DNA of 32,000 nt from positions 510,001-542,000 of the forward strand of contig CP188086.1 in NCBI GenBank assembly GCA_049942765.1. The letters are read 5' to 3'. The notes under the pieces are model-generated. The model did not search any database and was not told the origin of the DNA. It saw nothing but the letters and a program-made list of their open reading frames with translations. How positions within the stretch are numbered: position 1 is the stretch's first letter; the number at the start of each line of letters is the position of its first letter. The position numbers and the translations under genes are program-made. Shown here piece after piece: positions 1 to 8,913 of this stretch. This stretch comes from Candidatus Saccharimonadota bacterium. GTDB lineage: Bacteria > Pseudomonadota > Gammaproteobacteria > Enterobacterales > Enterobacteriaceae.

Positions 1-583
1 TACATTTTGGCTTACGTGCAGTGCAAACATAACGACCATGTAAAACAAACCAATTATGAACATAAAGTTTAAATATTGGGTCAACATATTTATTTAAATT
101 ATTTTCTATATTTTTTAACGTATGACCAGAAACAAAATTTGTTCTACGACATACTCTAAATACATGAGTATCAACTGCAATTACAGGATAATGAAATATT
201 GTATTTAATATAACATTAGCAGTTTTTCTTCCTACTCCAGGCAACGATTCTAAATCTTTTCTTGTTCCAGGTACTTTGCTAGAATATGCACTAATAATAA
301 TTGAACATAACTGAATTATACTATTCGCTTTTTTATTAAATAAACCAATACTTTTAATATAAAACTTTAATTTATCCACTCCTAAATTTAATATTTTACT
401 AGGTGTATTAGCTATTCTATACAATTTTTTAGTTACACGATTTACATTGATGTCAGTAGATTGTGCTGATAAAATTACAGCAATTAATAATTCAAATGCT
501 GATGAATAATTTAATTCAGTAACAGGATATGGCATTAATTGATTAAACGTATTTAAAATTTTATTTCTTTTATATTGATTCAT
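1..583 (-). CDS. nth: Endonuclease III (DNA glycosylase/AP lyase). The N-terminal ~194 aa are present and the C-terminus runs off the window start.
   Basis: Manual reverse translation from ATG 583..581 gives MNQYKRNKILNTFNQLMPYPVTELNYSSAFELLIAVILSAQSTDINVNRVTKKL...LPGVGRKTANVILN...AVDTHVFRV...LHGRYVCTARKPKC. This is colinear with E. coli Nth, including the HhH motif and the start of the C-terminal Fe-S Cys motif. It is absent from the ORF track because the window edge truncates it. Confidence 0.9.
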   Translation of the reverse strand, partial: MNQYKRNKILNTFNQLMPYPVTELNYSSAFELLIAVILSAQSTDINVNRVTKKLYRIANTPSKILNLGVDKLKFYIKSIGLFNKKANSIIQLCSIIISAYSSKVPGTRKDLESLPGVGRKTANVILNTIFHYPVIAVDTHVFRVCRRTNFVSGHTLKNIENNLNKYVDPIFKLYVHNWFVLHGRYVCTARKPKC

Positions 584-648
584 ACTAGCAATTTTTCATT
601 AGTAAAAAAAAATAAAAAACATTAAATATATAATTTATATAATAAATA

Positions 649-1281
649 TTATTTTTCTAAAAAAGATTTTAGTATCAACATACAAGCTAATAAAATAAAT
701 GAACCTGGAGGTATACAAAATAACAACATAGTATTCTCAGGAGCAATTAATCTTAAATAACTATCATCACCTAAAACATGAAAAACATGATTTATACCAT
801 AAAATATGGTACCATGACCTATAATCTCTCTAATAATTCCTAAAAATATCATAGATAACGTTAAACCAACACCAGTAAATAATCCATCTAAAAAACTAAT
901 CAATATATTTGTTTTAGAGGCTACTAGTTCAACTCGACCAAGTACAATACAATTAGTAATGATTAATGGAATAAAAATACCTAAAGAAGAATACAAATCA
1001 AACGAATATGCATGAATTAACATTTCCACAATAGATACTATTGATGATATAATTATCACATATATAGGAATACGAATGTTATGAAATATATAGTTTCTTA
1101 ATATCGATATTATACTATTACTTAATACTAAAACTATAGTAGTAGCTAATCCTAAACTAATAGCATTAACAAAACTAGTGGTAACAGCTAAAACAGGACA
1201 TAAACCTATTAACTGAACTAAAACAGAATTATTTGTCCATAAACTATCTATGCAATGATTTCTAACTTTATTTATTGACAT
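649..1281 (-). CDS. rnfE: Rnf/Rsx electron transport complex subunit E
   Basis: 210-aa ORF with ATG start. LWTNNSVLVQLIGLCPVLAVT, IRIPIYVIIISSIV and GIFIPLITNCIVLGR are colinear with E. coli RsxE. It is the last gene of the rnfABCDGE order. Confidence 0.93.
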   Translation of the reverse strand: MSINKVRNHCIDSLWTNNSVLVQLIGLCPVLAVTTSFVNAISLGLATTIVLVLSNSIISILRNYIFHNIRIPIYVIIISSIVSIVEMLIHAYSFDLYSSLGIFIPLIITNCIVLGRVELVASKTNILISFLDGLFTGVGLTLSMIFLGIIREIIGHGTIFYGINHVFHVLGDDSYLRLIAPENTMLLFCIPPGSFILLACMLILKSFLEK

Positions 1282-1936
1282 AAATTTTATTACCTTTACT
1301 ATCTACTAAAATATGTAATTTTATTGAATGTAATAAAAATAATACAGTGTTTTTAATAGAAGAAACAACTGCCCTAGGTGTAATTGTAGCACCTGTAAAT
1401 TGATCAATTACTCCACCATCTTTTTTAATCGCAAAAAAATGATCATCTGAATTTAATAAATTCATTCCAGAGAAAACATTAATCCATTTTGAAATATTGA
1501 TGTCTATGTAGTCTCCTAATCCAGGTGTTTCATGATGACTAACAACTCTTACTCCAAGAATATTACCCAATAAATCAAAACCTACTAACATCTTAATCAT
1601 ACCTGAATATCCATTTGGAGCTGTAGTTTCAACGATTATAGCACACGACCTACCATGTTTTCGAACAATCCACAAAGAATGATCTAAATCATCACCTAAA
1701 ACAGAATATTTTATTAAATACTTTTCCTTTAGTATAGTAGAATCATATGATTCCAATTTAATAATATCATTAAGTAATAATAAAGTTTTTTTATCCTCTA
1801 TATGTTTTATATTATTATAAGTTAACACATGTACAAAAGCTGTCAGTCCTGAAAAGAACATAGAAAAAATGCCTATGATAAAAGCATCATGAAAAATTTT
1901 AATCCAGATATTGCTATATTTTTTTATCGTATCCAT
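1268..1936 (-). CDS. rnfG: Rnf/Rsx complex subunit G (FMN-binding)
   Basis: HHETPGLGD and DQFTGATITPRAV (the covalent-FMN Thr motif) match RsxG. I prefer the ATG at 1936 (MDTIKKYS, compare E. coli MLKTIRKH) over the ORF-track ATG at 1960. Neither start has a clear SD, so the start is uncertain. The gene overlaps rnfD and rnfE. Confidence 0.85.
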   Translation of the reverse strand: MDTIKKYSNIWIKIFHDAFIIGIFSMFFSGLTAFVHVLTYNNIKHIEDKKTLLLLNDIIKLESYDSTILKEKYLIKYSVLGDDLDHSLWIVRKHGRSCAIIVETTAPNGYSGMIKMLVGFDLLGNILGVRVVSHHETPGLGDYIDINISKWINVFSGMNLLNSDDHFFAIKKDGGVIDQFTGATITPRAVVSSIKNTVLFLLHSIKLHILVDSKGNKIYVNK

Positions 1937-2945
1937 ATATTTTTGGTCTAGTATAAACATCTAACAACGGTACTAAAGAATTTCCTAATAAAACAGAAAA
2001 TCCAATAGCATCAGGATAATTACCAAAACTTCGTATAATCCATAAAAAAAATCCTATAACAACACCAAAAATAATTTTACCTAATGGAGTAGTAGAAGAT
2101 GTCACTGGATCAGTTAAAATAAAAAAAGCACCTAACATAGTTGCACCAGAAAACAAACTTATTGAAGGCGGTAAAATCATACCAGGTAAAAATAATGATC
2201 CAAAAAAAGATAAAAACCACAAAACTAATAAAAAACTAATTGATATTCTCCAACAAATAATACGACATACCAATAAAAACACACCACCCAACAAAAAACC
2301 AACATTAATCCAAAAAAAACCAGATTGGATATACATATTATTTCTATCATACATAGTACTAAATAATAATTCTTGAGATAAATCTTTAGTTAATTTTAAA
2401 TAATTTAAAGGAGTTGCTTGAGTTACAATTGAATTATTTATATTCAACAAACCATTATAAATACTATTATCATGACTAAATATTAAACGACAACTATCAA
2501 AAAAACTTACATCATGTACTAAAGGTAACTGAAATAAACTCCAATTTGTCATCCAACTAGGAAAAGAAACTAAAACAATAATATAACCCACCATAGCTGG
2601 ATTATATATATTTTGACCTAATCCACCATACAATTGTTTTCCTAATATAATCATTCCAATAGATCCAATAACTATAATCCACCATGGCGTAAACATTGGA
2701 AGACATAAACCAAATAAAATAGAAGATAAAATTGTTGAATAATCATTCATACCATCGAAAAATCGAAATCCCGAAAGATATAAATAACAACATTCCGTAC
2801 ATATTGATACAATTATCGAAATTAATATTTGTATTATTGCACTATATCCAAAATAATAACTTTGAATAAATATACCAGGTAACAAAGCAAGAATTACTAA
2901 CAACATAATGTTATTAGTAGTAGAATTAAAAATATATTTATACAT
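1914..2945 (-). CDS. rnfD: Rnf/Rsx complex subunit D
   Basis: 343-aa polytopic membrane ORF. GKQLYGGLGQNIYNPAMVGY, QATPL, FSGATMLGAFFILTDPVTS and YTRPKIYGY are colinear with E. coli RsxD. Confidence 0.93.
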   Translation of the reverse strand: MYKYIFNSTTNNIMLLVILALLPGIFIQSYYFGYSAIIQILISIIVSICTECCYLYLSGFRFFDGMNDYSTILSSILFGLCLPMFTPWWIIVIGSIGMIILGKQLYGGLGQNIYNPAMVGYIIVLVSFPSWMTNWSLFQLPLVHDVSFFDSCRLIFSHDNSIYNGLLNINNSIVTQATPLNYLKLTKDLSQELLFSTMYDRNNMYIQSGFFWINVGFLLGGVFLLVCRIICWRISISFLLVLWFLSFFGSLFLPGMILPPSISLFSGATMLGAFFILTDPVTSSTTPLGKIIFGVVIGFFLWIIRSFGNYPDAIGFSVLLGNSLVPLLDVYTRPKIYGYDKKI

Positions 2946-3047
2946 ATCTCTTAATCTTATTAAATTCTAACGACTGTTATCAAAATTTATTTAAAAATAA
3001 CATTTTATTTTATTTTTAATAAATTAATTGTTGATAATTAATAATAT

Positions 3048-4688
3048 TTATAAATTATTCTTTTTGTATTTATGTTTTTTTATAGAATTATATATTATAT
3101 TTTTTATATCAGATTTTTGTAACTTTATATGACTATTTCGCACATCTATATCTTTTAACATTAAAGGATTTTTAACATTTTTATTAAAAAAATCATGATT
3201 TGTAAATAAATTTAATTCTAAATTACATATATTTAATCTTTTTTGATGATCTTGAAACCTTAATTTAGATTCCATAATTCTATTTTTTTCACGATCCATC
3301 ATTGCAATCATTTTTTTAGCTGATTTGAAGTACCCTATTAATTTAATTTTACTAGGACATACTTGTTCACATAATCCACATTCAATACATTCTTTAATAT
3401 CATATCTTCTAACTTGTTTATAATCTTTTTTTTTAATAAACCAATACAATTGTTGTGGTAATAATCTAATTGGACATACTTCTAAACAAGCAGAACAACG
3501 AATACATGGTTTTGATCGAATATATTTTAATGATTGTTGTTTAAGTTTAGTACGTAATATTAATATACAATTAGTTGTTTTTGATACAGTCTGATTAAAA
3601 TCAAATACTTGATACCCAGAAATCGGACCACCTAAAAAAACTTGACTATCTGAAATAGATTTCAAAATAACATGATCTAATATATGTTGAATAGGTGTTC
3701 CGATTCTAATTAAATAATTGGTTGTATGTAGTACATTGTCTCCAGTGATTGTTACCACCCTTTCAATTAAAGGTATATCATCAACAATAGCTTTCTTAAC
3801 AGCAAATAATGTACCTACATTATGTATTAATATTCCAATATCAGTAGCATGGGTATTTTGTAATATTTCTATATTAAATAATATTTTTATTAATTGTTTA
3901 CTACTACCAGAAGGATATTTAGATGGTATTATACGTAATTCAAATTTAGGAAAATGCTTTAAAGCTTGAATAAGTACCTGAATAGTTTTTAACTTATCAT
4001 CTTCAATAGCAATTAACACCGTGCGTATATCCAAAATCCATACTAAAATTTCACAAGCATATAAAATTTCATTTATATGATTATGAATTAAACATTCATC
4101 CGAAATTACATATGGTTCACATTCAACTGCATTAACCACTAAAGTACTATATTTATATCTTATAAATGATCGCAACTTATTAGCACAAGAAAAACCAGAT
4201 CCACCAAGTCCTACAATTCCATATTGATAAACTTTATTTATTAATACCTCTTTAGATAACAATTTATAGTTAGATTTTATAAATAAAGAAGAAGGATGTA
4301 TGGAATCTTTCTTATCAGAAGTAACAACAATTACTGTACTCTTACTATCAAAATTCAACTCATTATATTTAATTTTAATATCACTAATATAACCTGATAT
4401 AGAAGAATGAACTGGAGGATATTGATAATTACCTAACGTTAATGGAGAACCTTTATACACCCGAGATCCAACTGTTACACACAATTTATTTTGTCTTATT
4501 AAACAATTATTTACAGAAATAAATATTTTATTTGGTAAAGTAAATGGCTTTAATAATAAATGTAGTTGATTATTTTTATTTGCAGGTATTGATAAACCTC
4601 CAGAGAATTTATATTCTGACTTCCATAGTGAAAAATAAAACGATATCTTTTTTTTTAAAAAATTAAATATTAAAAAAATATTGAACAC
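3048..4688 (-). CDS. rnfC: Rnf/Rsx complex subunit C (NADH/FMN-binding, 2x[4Fe-4S])
   Basis: 546-aa ORF. VGLGGSGF, NAVECEPY and PSKYPSGSSKQL are present, plus two ferredoxin motifs CIRCSACLEVCP and CIECGLCEQVCP. The start codon is GTG (4688..4686), preceded by GGAG 7 nt upstream. The C-terminal tail is much shorter than the repeat-rich E. coli RsxC tail. Confidence 0.9.
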   Translation of the reverse strand: MFNIFLIFNFLKKKISFYFSLWKSEYKFSGGLSIPANKNNQLHLLLKPFTLPNKIFISVNNCLIRQNKLCVTVGSRVYKGSPLTLGNYQYPPVHSSISGYISDIKIKYNELNFDSKSTVIVVTSDKKDSIHPSSLFIKSNYKLLSKEVLINKVYQYGIVGLGGSGFSCANKLRSFIRYKYSTLVVNAVECEPYVISDECLIHNHINEILYACEILVWILDIRTVLIAIEDDKLKTIQVLIQALKHFPKFELRIIPSKYPSGSSKQLIKILFNIEILQNTHATDIGILIHNVGTLFAVKKAIVDDIPLIERVVTITGDNVLHTTNYLIRIGTPIQHILDHVILKSISDSQVFLGGPISGYQVFDFNQTVSKTTNCILILRTKLKQQSLKYIRSKPCIRCSACLEVCPIRLLPQQLYWFIKKKDYKQVRRYDIKECIECGLCEQVCPSKIKLIGYFKSAKKMIAMMDREKNRIMESKLRFQDHQKRLNICNLELNLFTNHDFFNKNVKNPLMLKDIDVRNSHIKLQKSDIKNIIYNSIKKHKYKKNNL

Positions 4689-4710
4689 TATTTCACTCCA
4701 TAAAAAGCAA

Positions 4711-5229
4711 CTAAATATCTATTCTACGCAATGTAATACAATTAGTAGGACAAACATCTACACATAAATTACATCCCGTACAATAACGACTTACTACAGT
4801 ATGAGTAAAATTACTAGATCCTATAATAGCATCTACTGGACATACACGATAACACTTATGACATCCCACACAAAATTCTTCGTTAATCCAAACTACTTCA
4901 CGATAATTTAAAAAAGATATAGAAGACTGTGCAATATTTGATAATTCCTTGATATTCAATGATTTTGTTAATATTTGTACTACTTTATCACCACCAGGAG
5001 TACATTTGACAATACTTTCATTATTTACAACAATAGATTCAGCATACAAATAACAACTAATATAACCACATTGACCGCATTGACTTTGAGGTAATACATT
5101 ATCAATATGTTCTATCAAAGATGAATTATCCACTTTTAATATAGTTTCAATACAAACTAAACTTAACCCTAACAAGAAAGCTAATAAGGAATATAATAAC
5201 ATTGAACGTAAAATTAATAACATCATCAC
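4711..5229 (-). CDS. rnfB: Rnf/Rsx complex subunit B (ferredoxin-like)
   Basis: LPQSQCGQCGYISC...KCTPGG matches the N-terminal cluster. CVGCHKCYRVCPVDAI and CTGCNLCVDVCPTNCI match RsxB. The start is ambiguous within GTGATGATG (5229, 5226 or 5223) and overlaps the rnfA TGA stop. Confidence 0.9.
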   Translation of the reverse strand: MMMLLILRSMLLYSLLAFLLGLSLVCIETILKVDNSSLIEHIDNVLPQSQCGQCGYISCYLYAESIVVNNESIVKCTPGGDKVVQILTKSLNIKELSNIAQSSISFLNYREVVWINEEFCVGCHKCYRVCPVDAIIGSSNFTHTVVSRYCTGCNLCVDVCPTNCITLRRIDI

Positions 5230-5807
5230 ATTTTCACTAACCCATTAAAACCCATAAAACTCATTGACATTAAACCTGCTGTAATCAGAAAAATTGGCAT
5301 CCCACGAACATGAATAGCAATATTTAATCCATCAATACGTTCTCGCAAACTAGAAAAAATAATAATTATCATAGAAAAACCTACAGATACACTACAAGCA
5401 TAAAACACAGTTGTTAAAAACTCATAATGTAAATTATAAGTTAATAAAGGGACAGCTAATACTATACAATTGGTTGTAATCAATGGTAAAAAAACGCCTA
5501 ATGACCTATATAACAACGGACTAACATACTTTGTCATGATTTCCATAAATTGAACACTAACAGCAATAATTAATATATAGACCATTGTTCGTAAAAAAAA
5601 CAATTTATAAGGAATTAAAAAAAAATAATTAATAAAAAAAGACAATATTGTTGTTAACATAATTACTATAGAAGTAGCTATACTCATACCTATAGCAGTA
5701 CGCATACTTTTAGACGTTCCCATTAAAGGACATAATCCAAGAAACTGAACGAACACAAAATTATTAACTAATACATTCAAAATAAAAATATAAATAAAAT
5801 TATTCAT
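5226..5807 (-). CDS. rnfA: Rnf/Rsx complex subunit A
   Basis: 193 aa, the same length as E. coli RsxA. VLVNNFVFVQFLGLCPLMG, GVFLPLITTNCIVL and ITAGLMSMSFMGFNGLVKM match. ATG start, TGA stop. Confidence 0.94.
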   Translation of the reverse strand: MNNFIYIFILNVLVNNFVFVQFLGLCPLMGTSKSMRTAIGMSIATSIVIMLTTILSFFINYFFLIPYKLFFLRTMVYILIIAVSVQFMEIMTKYVSPLLYRSLGVFLPLITTNCIVLAVPLLTYNLHYEFLTTVFYACSVSVGFSMIIIIFSSLRERIDGLNIAIHVRGMPIFLITAGLMSMSFMGFNGLVKM

Positions 5808-6290
5808 GATTAATATTGCCCATCAGATTTTTTATTATATCAATTTCTATACTGCAACATTAGTACAATCTATTAATGACTAAATTATAATTTTTTACGA
5901 TAAATATGAAATAACATTCAATTATATTTCTAATATATTATTACCAATATTAAATATACTTCTATTGTATAAATTTAATAAATATATAAAATAATTATCA
6001 ATATTATGTTCTCTATAACAGAGCATATTACTATCATTAGTAGCAACAAAAATATTTATATATCACACTATTTTTTAAAGAAACTATGAAGACAACATTT
6101 CAAAAATTTATTTTTTAATAACATTAAATACATGCTTTCTATTTCACTTATAAAATAAACATAACATTAAATTTACATATAACATTTTTATAATTTAATA
6201 TAATTGTATTAATCACATTAACTAATAATTAATTATTAAAATAATAATTAATTTAATTATATAATTATATAATTCAATATATACAAACCT

Positions 6291-6321
6291 AAAAAAAAAA
6301 ATAGAATTCCACATTCTATTT
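6291..6321 (-). terminator. Putative intrinsic terminator downstream of ribE
   Basis: The minus-strand RNA reads AAAUAGAAU-GUGGA-AUUCUAUUU (9-bp stem, 5-nt loop) followed by about 8 further U. The plus strand shows a run of 11 A at 6291..6301. It lies about 65 nt after the ribE stop. The stem is AT-rich, so it is thermodynamically weak. Confidence 0.5.
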
Positions 6322-6386
6322 ACAATTGTTTAATACATTATAAATAATTTTATTTCATAAATACAAACACTGAATAACCAAACACA

Positions 6387-7001
6387 CTATGAACGATGTT
6401 GTAAAAATTTTTCTGTAGTATCTACTATGATATTAGTAAAACAATCAATTTCAATATTGACATTATCTCCTATATTTAAATATTTTATAATAGTCCTAGA
6501 TAATGTATCAGGGATGACATGTACATTAAAAGAATCTACAAAAACATCACCTATTGTAAAGCTAACTCCATTAACAACAATAAATCCTTTAGAAAAAATA
6601 TATTTCATAAAACAAATATTTTTTAATTGATAACTTATTGTTCGTATATTATGAGTTACTAATAAAAGGTTAACGCAGGTAGCTATTGTTGAAATATGAC
6701 CAGATACATAATGACCTCCTATTTCATCAGAAAATTTTTTTGATCTTTCTATATTAACATAATCCCCTACTTTTAATGATCCAAAATTAGTAATTTTTAA
6801 TGTTTCTTGTATTACATCAAAACTTACATAATCATCTTGAATATTAGTCACACTAAGACAACATCCATTAATTGCTACTGAACCACCTAGTAACAAATTC
6901 TTTAACAACAATAATGGCATTTTTAATGTAAAAACTAAACAAAAATCATGATTTTTAACAAATATTATTTTACCTATACCATCAATAATTCCAGTAAACA
7001 A
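6387..7001 (-). CDS. ribE: Riboflavin synthase (alpha chain)
   Basis: 204-aa ORF. MFTGIIDGIGKI, NGCCLSV, SFDVIQETLKITN, ERSKKFSDEIGGHYVSGH and HVIPDTLSRT are colinear with E. coli RibC/RibE. The start codon is TTG (7001..6999) with a perfect AAGGAG SD at 7014..7009, 7 nt upstream. Confidence 0.92.
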   Translation of the reverse strand: MFTGIIDGIGKIIFVKNHDFCLVFTLKMPLLLLKNLLLGGSVAINGCCLSVTNIQDDYVSFDVIQETLKITNFGSLKVGDYVNIERSKKFSDEIGGHYVSGHISTIATCVNLLLVTHNIRTISYQLKNICFMKYIFSKGFIVVNGVSFTIGDVFVDSFNVHVIPDTLSRTIIKYLNIGDNVNIEIDCFTNIIVDTTEKFLQHRS

Positions 7002-7367
7002 TTAAATACTCCTTCTTCATATATAATATTCAATATATATAAAAATATCAAAATATTTTTAATCACATTAGTATAAAAACTTTAATTTTTATATCAAAAT
7101 GAAATACATATTGTGTACATCTTAAAAAAACACATTTATATATTATTTCGTCTATCAAATAATATTTAAAACTCAACACTTAAAAATTTAAACAAACAAT
7201 TATCAAATACACAATTTAAAAAAAAACAAAAATATAATTTTCATAAAATATAACAATATTATAAAAACAATTTATATTTAACATAATTAAATTTATATAA
7301 AAACTATAAAAAACCACTCTAAAAAATATCTAAATAAAATATTAATTTTTATAACTAAAAATAACTC

Positions 7368-7396
7368 TTGAAAAGAAATATAAATTATGATAAAAA
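7368..7396 (+). promoter_or_regulatory. Candidate sigma70 promoter for tRNA-Val
   Basis: TTGAAA (7368..7373), a 17-nt spacer, then TAAAAA (7391..7396). This predicts a start about 7 nt downstream, essentially at the mature tRNA 5' end (7405). -10-like strings are common by chance in DNA this AT-rich. Confidence 0.3.
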
Positions 7397-7404
7397 AAAA
7401 GTTT

Positions 7405-7478
7405 ACGTTCGTAGCTCAGATCGGTAGAGTGCCACCATGACACGGTGGAGGTCAGTGGTTCGATCCCACTCGAACGTA
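7405..7478 (+). tRNA. tRNA-Val (anticodon GAC), no encoded CCA
   Basis: Manual cloverleaf. Acceptor ACGTTCG/CGAACGT; D-arm GCTC-AGATCGGTA-GAGT; anticodon arm CCACC-AT[GAC]AC-GGTGG; variable loop AGGTC; T-arm AGTGG-TTCGATC-CCACT; discriminator A. The sequence then continues AAAT rather than CCA. It is a GC-rich island in AT-rich spacer. Confidence 0.9.
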
Positions 7479-7533
7479 AAATATACTATACATATTATAT
7501 ATTTTTCATAACTACAAAATTATAGGGAAAATT

Positions 7534-8849
7534 TTGATAAAAAATTTTTTTCAAAAATTTAACAATGGTACAAAATTTTTAATTGCTTATAGCGGGGGAG
7601 TTGATTCTACCGTATTATTACATCAATTAATACATATAAAAAAAAAAATAATAATTTTCATATACGAGCTATACATATTAATCATAATATAAACAAAAAT
7701 TCCCATATTTGGAGTCAATTTTGCCAAGAAACATGTAAAAAATATAATATAACCATTATCATTGATAATATTCCTAAAAATAGAAATATTATATTTTTAC
7801 ATAATTTAGAAGAATACTTAAGAATAGAAAGATATAAACTTATCTCTAAACATTTACAAAAATCAGAAATTTTATTAACAGCACATCATTTAAATGATCA
7901 ATGTGAAACTTTCTTTTTAGCGTTAAAAAGAGGAAGTGGTCCTACAGGTCTCTCTTGTATGCCACAAAAAAAATATTTAGGTAACAACATTCACTATAGA
8001 CCATTATTAGATATAACCAAACAAGAAATACTAGATTGGGCTAAATTAAATAAATTAAATTGGATTACAGATCCATTAAATCATAACATTAATTTAGACA
8101 GAAATTTCATTAGAAATATAATTCTTCCACAAATAGAAGAAAAATGGTTTTTCTTTACAAAAAACTGTATTAGAAGCATAAAATTATGTAATGATGAACA
8201 AAAATTACTACAAAAATTAAGTTTTAATGAATTTAGTATAAGATATAATGATAATGGCTCACTCAATATTAATCACTTTAATAAAAAAAAAGAAAATATA
8301 AGAAATATTATTTTAAGACATTGGTTATCTAAACATAAAAAAAAAATGCTATCATATAAAAACATACAAAACATATATGATAAAATTATTTGTGCAAACG
8401 AAAAACACCGTCCGGTATTACAATTTAAAACATACGAAATCCAACGTTATAAAAAACGTATTTATATACTACCCATAAAAAAAAATATAGACCATCTAAT
8501 TTTATTTTGGAAAAATTTAAATATTCCATTAATATTACCAAATCAATTAGGAATACTAAAAAAGAATATACATGGAATAATTCTTCCCTTACCACATAAC
8601 AAAGATCTAATTAATATCAGATTTATAACCGATAAAAAAATAAACATTTCAAAACAGAAACCAATGAAACAAATAAAAAAAATATGGCAAACAAATAACA
8701 TTCCTCCTTGGGAAAGAAAACAAATTCCATTATTATATTACAATAATAATTTTATTTCAGCACTAGGATATACTAATTGTTATTATAAAAAATATATCAG
8801 TAAACAACCTTATTGGAGTATATCATGGTATAATATTATCAAAAAATAA
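7534..8849 (+). pseudogene. tilS: tRNA(Ile)-lysidine synthase, interrupted by a frameshift at an A11 tract (7638..7648). It may be rescued by slippage or may be a homopolymer sequencing error.
   Basis: Frame 1 runs from TTG 7534: (M)IKNFFQKFNNGTKFLIAYSGGVDSTVLLHQLIHIKKK, containing the PP-loop SGGxDS, and stops at TAA 7690..7692. Frame 3 is open from 7605 and reads ...RAIHINHNINKNSHIWSQFCQETC...LLTAHHLNDQCETFFLALKRGSGPTGLSCMPQKK... to 8849. The ORF track shows only 7959..8849. Both parts are colinear with E. coli TilS and join inside the K/A run. Confidence 0.85.
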
Positions 8850-8913
8850 AAAATTACTAATTACTACGTTTTTAATAACACACTTATATAGATAATATAT
8901 AAACAATAAATAA

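Noticed and set aside
372-380. DnaA-box-like TTATCCACT 9-mers at 372..380, 5126..5134 and 14481..14489
   Set aside because: All three are single copies buried in coding sequence (nth, rnfB, hisF), each 8/9 to consensus and far apart. There is no clustered-box or AT-rich-unwinding architecture typical of an origin.
3718-3969. Antisense or shadow ORFs in the supplied track: 3718..3969, 6427..6630, 8081..8266, 15250..15441, 15967..16200, 20468..20764 and 22803..22994
   Set aside because: Each lies entirely or almost entirely inside, and opposite to, a strongly supported conserved CDS (rnfC, ribE, tilS, hisA, hisH, hisG, aroC). Their translations have no recognisable motifs and no SD sites. They are typical shadow frames.
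5226-5228. Possibility of an alternative genetic code (UGA read as Trp), as in some reduced AT-rich symbionts
   Set aside because: TGA terminates rnfA (5226..5228) and hisD (18428..18430) exactly where the orthologs end. Conserved Trp positions are TGG. The standard bacterial code fits all genes.
6253-6276. Apparent tandem 8-mers (TTAATTAT ATAATTAT ATAATTCA) and nearby TAATTAAT-type repeats
   Set aside because: This is low-complexity AT sequence with imperfect copies. It has no spacer/repeat periodicity resembling a CRISPR array or iterons.
7018-7020. ATG upstream of ribE as an alternative start
   Set aside because: It is out of frame with the conserved MFTGII N-terminus. It is part of ATGAAGAAGGAG, which instead supplies the SD for the in-frame TTG at 7001.
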